Origin: a bacterium
GTDB lineage: Bacteria > Hydrothermota > 32-111
Length of the DNA stretch: 46,484 bases
Direction: 5' to 3'
Assembly (NCBI GenBank): GCA_050239825.1
Contig: JBFXGO010000015.1
Location: 1-46,484, forward strand
Part shown: piece by piece, positions 41,628 to 46,484 of the stretch
Position numbering within the stretch: position 1 is the stretch's first letter
Layout of the letters: each line of letters starts with the position of its first letter
The notes under the pieces: model-generated
What the model was told of the DNA's origin: nothing
The model's input: only the letters and a program-made list of their open reading frames with translations
Databases searched by the model: none
Position numbers and translations under genes: made by a program

Positions 41628-42368
41628 ATGAGAAAAGCAATAGTAAAAGAACCATGTAGGCTTTGTAAAAATAACACAGAATTATGTGAATCACATATTT
41701 TACCTGAATTCATGTATACGGAATTGTATGATGAGAAACATCGATTTGTAGAAATTGATGTCGAAAGAAAGAAAGAGCGATTTGGACAGAAGGGAATTAG
41801 AGAATACCTATTCTGTAAATCGTGTGAAACTTTAATGAGTAAGTATGAGAATTATGCATCCGATGTGTTGAGAAGAAATATTTACTGCAATGCTTCAACT
41901 AAGAAAATGTACAGGGGGAAAGTAATTTATGAAGTATTGGAACTCAATTATAATAAGTTGTTAAAGTATTTTTTAATAGTAGCATACAGGAGCGCTATTT
42001 CAAGTAAAGTATTTTTTCAAAACTGCAAATTGGATAGCTTTAAATTGAATACATTGGAAGTATTAATAAATGATGTCAAAAAAGAAGTACCAAGAAATAA
42101 ATATCCACTAATTGTTATTAAATTAATAAATAGAGTATTTAAAGGAAAAACAGTTTTAAGGGAGCCATCAATATATAATTTACCTAATCATTTAGATAGT
42201 GAATTTTATAGGTTATTCAATGGGAACTTTATTTTTATGCAAGGATTGCAAATAAAAGAATTTAGAAAATATATGAATGATTTCTCTCTGAAAGAGAATG
42301 GGAGTATTCTAATACCAGAATTTGATTCTATAACATCACCCGAGATAAAATCCTTATTTGGAGCATGA
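41628..42368 (+). CDS. HNH-like zinc-binding endonuclease
   Basis: CRLC...ESHILPEF...LFCKSCE pattern. Start is ATG 41628 or TTG 41607. Confidence 0.7.
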   Translation: MRKAIVKEPCRLCKNNTELCESHILPEFMYTELYDEKHRFVEIDVERKKERFGQKGIREYLFCKSCETLMSKYENYASDVLRRNIYCNASTKKMYRGKVIYEVLELNYNKLLKYFLIVAYRSAISSKVFFQNCKLDSFKLNTLEVLINDVKKEVPRNKYPLIVIKLINRVFKGKTVLREPSIYNLPNHLDSEFYRLFNGNFIFMQGLQIKEFRKYMNDFSLKENGSILIPEFDSITSPEIKSLFGA

Positions 42369-42376
42369 GGGCTGAT

Positions 42377-42628
42377 GGGGACGATAGGTTTTGTCAATAC
42401 TTTCAAGCGAGACAGGCGAAGACGCACCGTGAGCCTTGAGCCGTGAGCGAGAAAAGAAAGTTAATGGTTTATAGTTGATGGTTAAGAGTTAACAAGACGC
42501 TGTGAGCTATGTGCCTTGAGCCATGGGCAAGAAAAGACTAAGAAGAAACAAAAGAAAGATTCTGATAAAAGGAGCCATGTTGACAAAATGGAATGGGTGG
42601 ATAGAATAGAGAAAAATAGGAGGTGATT
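42377..42628 (+). repeat. Module A copy 2 (55-bp head, one ~80-bp unit, promoter, RBS)
   Basis: Head GGGGACGATAGG...GCACCGTG (42377-431); TTGACA (42580-85), 16 nt, TAGAAT (42602-07); AGGAGG 42618-23. Confidence 0.88.
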
Positions 42629-42910
42629 ATGGCGGATTATAAGATTGACGGGAAGTATTTAAAGGACAGGCACGGGAGCAAAATCGGAGAGTTTGACAGG
42701 CGTTCGTTTAGAGACAGTCATGGAAGTAAAGTCGGAGAGGTTGACAAAAATTATATCAGAGATTCTCACGGACATAAAATAGCTGAATTGGACGGAAGGT
42801 ATGTCAGGGTTGATGGTAAAAAAGAAACCGATTTAGACCACATTCAAAAAATGATTGATGGTCCCGGCGGCATCTCTCTTGTCGGTTTCTGGGTGTTGTT
42901 TATAAGATAA
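42629..42910 (+). CDS. Small beta-repeat protein (16-aa D..G.K(I/V)(G/A)E.D repeats) with a hydrophobic C-terminus, paralog 1
   Basis: YLKDRHGSKIGEFDRR / SFRDSHGSKVGEVDKN / YIRDSHGHKIAELDGR; strong RBS. Confidence 0.75.
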   Translation: MADYKIDGKYLKDRHGSKIGEFDRRSFRDSHGSKVGEVDKNYIRDSHGHKIAELDGRYVRVDGKKETDLDHIQKMIDGPGGISLVGFWVLFIR

Positions 42911-42928
42911 AAAAAAAAGGAGGAAAAG

Positions 42929-44563
42929 ATGACATCTTTGTATCTATCGAAATTAAATTCAAAAGAAAAAGAATCTTTAGTAAATGAATTGCATAGTATT
43001 CAAAAGGGAAAATGTTTTATTTGTGGTGAAGATATTGATTTAAATATACACGAAGGAAATTATGATATAGATCATGTTGTGCCACTAAAAATGAAAGGTC
43101 CAGATAATCCCAATAATTTTGCATTAACACATAGCAGTTGTAATAGATCAAAACAAGCTTCAGATTTAAATGTCGCGCGTATTTTAAAGGGATTTGAAAT
43201 GTTGAGAAACAAACTGACTGTTGAAAACAGAGAGCCTAATTTAAACGATATTTTAGACCAAAACATGGGAGGAAAATATTCTATTAAATTTAGAATTGAA
43301 AATAATTATATTAAATATAGTCTTCCTGAAAGTGGGAAGAATGAAGTTCTAAGTGAAAGAATATTTGAGGATAAGTTAAGTGGGTTCAAATATTTTTTTG
43401 CAGTTTTACCAATAGAATACATTTTTCATGATGACAAAATTAATCCTAGGTCAATAGGGGCAAATATCTCAAAATTAGTTCATGAATTCTACTTAAAAAG
43501 ACCTCAGCTTCACATTCAACTAAGTTGGATTGATATGACAGAAAACAAAATAAAAGTTAAAGTCTTTGACGGACAGCATAAAGCTTCAGCACAAATAATG
43601 CTCGGTGTTAGAGAATTGCCTTTGAGAGTGTTTATAGATCCAAATATAGATATTTTACTTACTACAAATACTAATGCTGGCACAACTCTTAAACAAGTTG
43701 CATTTGATAAATCAGTACAAAGACATCTAGGGAGTTCCCTTTACTTTGAACGAATTGAGCAATATAGAATAGATCATGAGATAGAAGATGAAAATTATAA
43801 TTTCTCTGAGAGGGATTTGTTAAATTATTTCAAAGGTGAATCCAAAGAAGTAAAAAAATATATTCTTGATTCTGTTAGAGATTCAATATCTCATAATGTT
43901 GATAATAAATTGAAGGATTATATTGATTTTGGTGGTAGAGCTAATGATAAACCATTTTCATATAGTACTATTGAGAAGACATTTTATTCGTTTTATATTT
44001 ATCAAGAGGTTTTAGATACTCCCATCAATCATAAGATGGAAGTTGGTGAAAATCCTAGAAACTTGGAAAAAGAACAAATAATGCAACTTATGAATATAAT
44101 CGCAGATGAAATATATATAAACAAGTATGATTCTGATAGAGGTACATCTCAAATAGAAAATAAAATTCAGAAAGGTGAAGATATCCCATTAGCTCATTTG
44201 ATAGCTTATAGAATGGCTAAAGAAGAAATTGCCTACAATTGGTTAAAATACATTTTACAGATTGCTCAGAATTTTTTTATTACGACTGGTGTACCTATCA
44301 ATGAGAAAAAAATCTTTCAATACAAGTTTCCAGAGCAATTATGGCAAAATATTACAAACTTTATAAGAAATTTCAGTAATTTGCCATTATGGGTAAATAA
44401 AGAAATGTCAAAAACTATTTTTGGCGGCAAACCAAATAATGCGTATTGGCAAACAATTTTTGAAACAGGTAAATCTCCTCAAAATATAAAAGTTCTCGTG
44501 GAACCAATAAATTTAATGAATTTAATAAAAGGCGATGAATCAGAAAATATTATTGGGAATTAA
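42929..44563 (+). CDS. HNH endonuclease fused to a DGQH(R/K) ParB/DndB-like domain
   Basis: CFIC...DIDHVVP...G...NNFALTHSSCNRSK; INPR...VFDGQHKASA. Confidence 0.8.
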   Translation: MTSLYLSKLNSKEKESLVNELHSIQKGKCFICGEDIDLNIHEGNYDIDHVVPLKMKGPDNPNNFALTHSSCNRSKQASDLNVARILKGFEMLRNKLTVENREPNLNDILDQNMGGKYSIKFRIENNYIKYSLPESGKNEVLSERIFEDKLSGFKYFFAVLPIEYIFHDDKINPRSIGANISKLVHEFYLKRPQLHIQLSWIDMTENKIKVKVFDGQHKASAQIMLGVRELPLRVFIDPNIDILLTTNTNAGTTLKQVAFDKSVQRHLGSSLYFERIEQYRIDHEIEDENYNFSERDLLNYFKGESKEVKKYILDSVRDSISHNVDNKLKDYIDFGGRANDKPFSYSTIEKTFYSFYIYQEVLDTPINHKMEVGENPRNLEKEQIMQLMNIIADEIYINKYDSDRGTSQIENKIQKGEDIPLAHLIAYRMAKEEIAYNWLKYILQIAQNFFITTGVPINEKKIFQYKFPEQLWQNITNFIRNFSNLPLWVNKEMSKTIFGGKPNNAYWQTIFETGKSPQNIKVLVEPINLMNLIKGDESENIIGN

Positions 44564-44636
44564 TAGATGGGGATGTGCTTACAATATTAGCATTTTCGTA
44601 TTGAATGAAAAGCATTTTTGGAAATAGGAGGAAAAA

Positions 44637-44713
44637 ATGGAAACGGATAAAAAGACAACTTCGAAAAAATATAATATTGTTGATGATTTATTAAGAACTT
44701 TTGTTGGAAAAAT
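44637..44713 (+). pseudogene. 5' stump of a paralog of the 40407 membrane gene
   Basis: AGGAGG and ATG, then SKKYNIVDDLLRTFV, matching QSKYNLTDDLLKTFV. Runs into the module A head at 44714. Confidence 0.7.
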
Positions 44714-44887
44714 GGGGACGATAGGTTTTGTCAATACTTTTAAGCGACGCAGGCGAAGACGCACCGTGTGCCATGAGCCGTGGGCAAGAAAAGACAGAGA
44801 AGAAACAAAAGAAAGATTCTGATAAAAAAGGAGAAATGTTGACAAAATGGATTTGAAGGATAGAATAAAGAAAAATAGGAGGTGATT
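44714..44887 (+). repeat. Module A copy 3 (55-bp head, promoter, RBS)
   Basis: Head 44714-768; TTGACA (44839-44), 16 nt, TAGAAT (44861-66); AGGAGG 44877-82. Confidence 0.88.
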
Positions 44888-45172
44888 ATGGCGGATTATA
44901 AGATTGACGGGAAGTATTTAAAGGACAGGCACGGGAGCAAAATCGGAGAGTTTGATGGAAGGTGTTTTAAGGATATGACAGGAAAGAAAGTCGGGAGTAT
45001 CGACCATGAATTTGTTAAAGATGACGGAGGAAGAAAAGTGGCAGAGATTGATGTCGACATTATAAAAATCAGAAATAAAAAATATGACTTTGATGATTTA
45101 AGAAGGAAAATTTACGGTGACGGCATTATGTCTCTGATAGGCTTTTACGCTTTGTTTGTTGATGAGAAATAG
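44888..45172 (+). CDS. Small beta-repeat protein, paralog 2
   Basis: First 23 aa are identical to the 42629 protein; the rest is diverged but alignable. Confidence 0.75.
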   Translation: MADYKIDGKYLKDRHGSKIGEFDGRCFKDMTGKKVGSIDHEFVKDDGGRKVAEIDVDIIKIRNKKYDFDDLRRKIYGDGIMSLIGFYALFVDEK

Positions 45173-45180
45173 GAGAATAT

Positions 45181-45924
45181 ATGAACTTCATTGATTCCGA
45201 TAATGAAATTATTGATGCATCTAAATTTATAGAAATTTGGTCAAAAAAATACTACCAATATACAAATATAACTGATAAATACTATTTTGACATTTTAAAA
45301 GATATTGCAGAACGAACAGATGCAACTATGATTTTAACGAGAATCGGGGCATGGAAAACTAATTCATTGAGTACTAATTCAAACAGATATAGTGAAGAAC
45401 GAGAAATCTACAGGTGTAGTTGCGAGAAGCCGGCAGTTCTATGTCTTACAGGAATGTGGAAAAAGGGAACATCATCAGGATATGAAGTATGGATAAAACT
45501 TAGTGAACGATTTTATAACGATATAGAAAGAATTAAGATTGACTCTGATGCTGAAGAAATCATTAATAAGATAAGTGAAATGAGGTATTCAGGTCCAAGG
45601 GGGAAAAATATTAGGTTTGGGAAAATATATTCCTATACCTACCTTCACTTCTTGGCGCCTGATAAGTATTTCATACTGGATAAATTTAACAAAATAGCAC
45701 TAGAGTTCTTAAAACAGCCTTCAAAACCTTCATTACCATTCTCCAATGAAATGAAAGTGAATACTTTTGAAGATTATCTTGAATATAATGAAATGATAAA
45801 AACCATTCAGAAAAATGCAAGGGAAGAAAATAACAGAAATGTCGATAAAGCACTTTGGTCATTTGGTCATTGGTTAAAAGATCAAAAAGAAAGAAAAGAG
45901 AAAATTGTTTGCTGTAAAACATAG
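45181..45924 (+). CDS. Hypothetical protein, HhH DNA-glycosylase-like
   Basis: GAWK...FGKIYSYTYLHFLAPDKYFILD...YLEY...RNVDKALWSFG pattern. Confidence 0.55.
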   Translation: MNFIDSDNEIIDASKFIEIWSKKYYQYTNITDKYYFDILKDIAERTDATMILTRIGAWKTNSLSTNSNRYSEEREIYRCSCEKPAVLCLTGMWKKGTSSGYEVWIKLSERFYNDIERIKIDSDAEEIINKISEMRYSGPRGKNIRFGKIYSYTYLHFLAPDKYFILDKFNKIALEFLKQPSKPSLPFSNEMKVNTFEDYLEYNEMIKTIQKNAREENNRNVDKALWSFGHWLKDQKERKEKIVCCKT

Positions 45925-45932
45925 GGGCGGGA

Positions 45933-46360
45933 GGGGGCGATAGGTTTTGTCAATACTTTTAAGCGAGACAGGCGAAGACGCACCGTGCGCCTTGAGCGAG
46001 AAAAGGCAGTTAATAGTTTATAGTTGATGGTTGAGAGTTGACAAGAAGCCGTGAGCCATGAGCAAGAAAAGAAAGTTAATGGTTTATAGTTAATAGTTGA
46101 GAGTTGACAAGAAGCCGTGAGCCGTGTGCCTTGAGCCGTGAGCGAGAAAAGAAAGTTAATGGTTTATAGTTGATGGTTGAGAGTTGACAAGAAGCCGTGA
46201 GCCACGCACCTTGAGCCGGGGGCGAGAAAAGGCAGTTAATGGTTTATAGTTAATAGTTGATAGCTGAGAATCGAAAGCGTAGAATACAAAACTGATAAAA
46301 GGAGCCATGTTGACAAAATGGATTGAAATGAATAGAATTAGAGAAAAATAGGAGGTGAAG
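45933..46360 (+). repeat. Module A copy 4 (55-bp head, four tandem heptamer-built units, promoter, RBS)
   Basis: Head 45933-987; unit periods 66, 80 and 80 bp; TTGACA (46310-15), 17 nt, TAGAAT (46333-38); AGGAGG 46350-55. Confidence 0.88.
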
Positions 46361-46484
46361 ATGGCTTTATATGTTTTTCATGAAGAATCTATCCTGTTAA
46401 AAATCGTGATAAAAATGACCCACCGTCCCCCATATAAGTAATTAATTTATAGATGGTTGGGAGGGGTGAAGAAAGAGGTGATTG

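Noticed and set aside
42392..42397. Antisense promoter from TTGACA on the minus strand of the module A head
   Set aside because: No -10-like hexamer at 16-18 nt in the copies checked.
42629..45172. Diversity-generating retroelement template/variable pair
   Set aside because: Differences are not adenine-specific and no reverse transcriptase is present.
45988..46265. CRISPR array
   Set aside because: The units are wholly repeated heptamer mosaics with no unique spacers, and no cas genes are present.
39567..46484. Classical integron / attC array
   Set aside because: No IntI in the window and no RYYYAAC...GTTRRRY-bounded palindromes found by eye; the units carry their own promoters.

Overview
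Bacterial chromosomal window. The organism is probably an anaerobic diderm: it has LptFG, NfnAB, a lipoprotein and a protein with a T9SS-like C-terminal domain. An FCB-associated candidate phylum is plausible but is inference only. About 1.7-23.1 kb is housekeeping: a surface-polysaccharide/mtnA operon, lptFG, tmRNA, nfnAB, gdhA, rrf2-iscS-iscU-mazG, a uvsE remnant and two transporters. From 23.15 kb to the end is a ~23 kb accessory/defence island with no visible integrase or transposase. It holds an AbiEi/AbiEii TA pair, rhuM and ORF6N pseudogenes, a BRO-N gene, a Schlafen/AlbA_2 pair, a PLD-SNF2 helicase with a type IIG-like N6 methyltransferase, two HNH proteins, a channel-like membrane protein and an HhH-glycosylase-like gene. 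The most striking feature is non-coding. The island's intergenic DNA is built from a reusable kit of modules: (i) a GGG(G/A)ACG(G/A)T site found repeatedly at or just after gene ends; (ii) heptamer tracts; (iii) two portable promoter+RBS modules; (iv) a box with a fixed 21-nt variable core; (v) ~150-bp hairpin units whose substitutions preserve base pairing and C-GNA-G mini-loops. One gene is truncated at a site, one paralog pair looks chimeric, and the last module drives only a 26-codon ORF. Together these suggest an integron-like but non-attC, promoter-carrying gene-cassette system acted on in trans. This is a hypothesis. All annotations come from motif reading by eye; no database searches were run.
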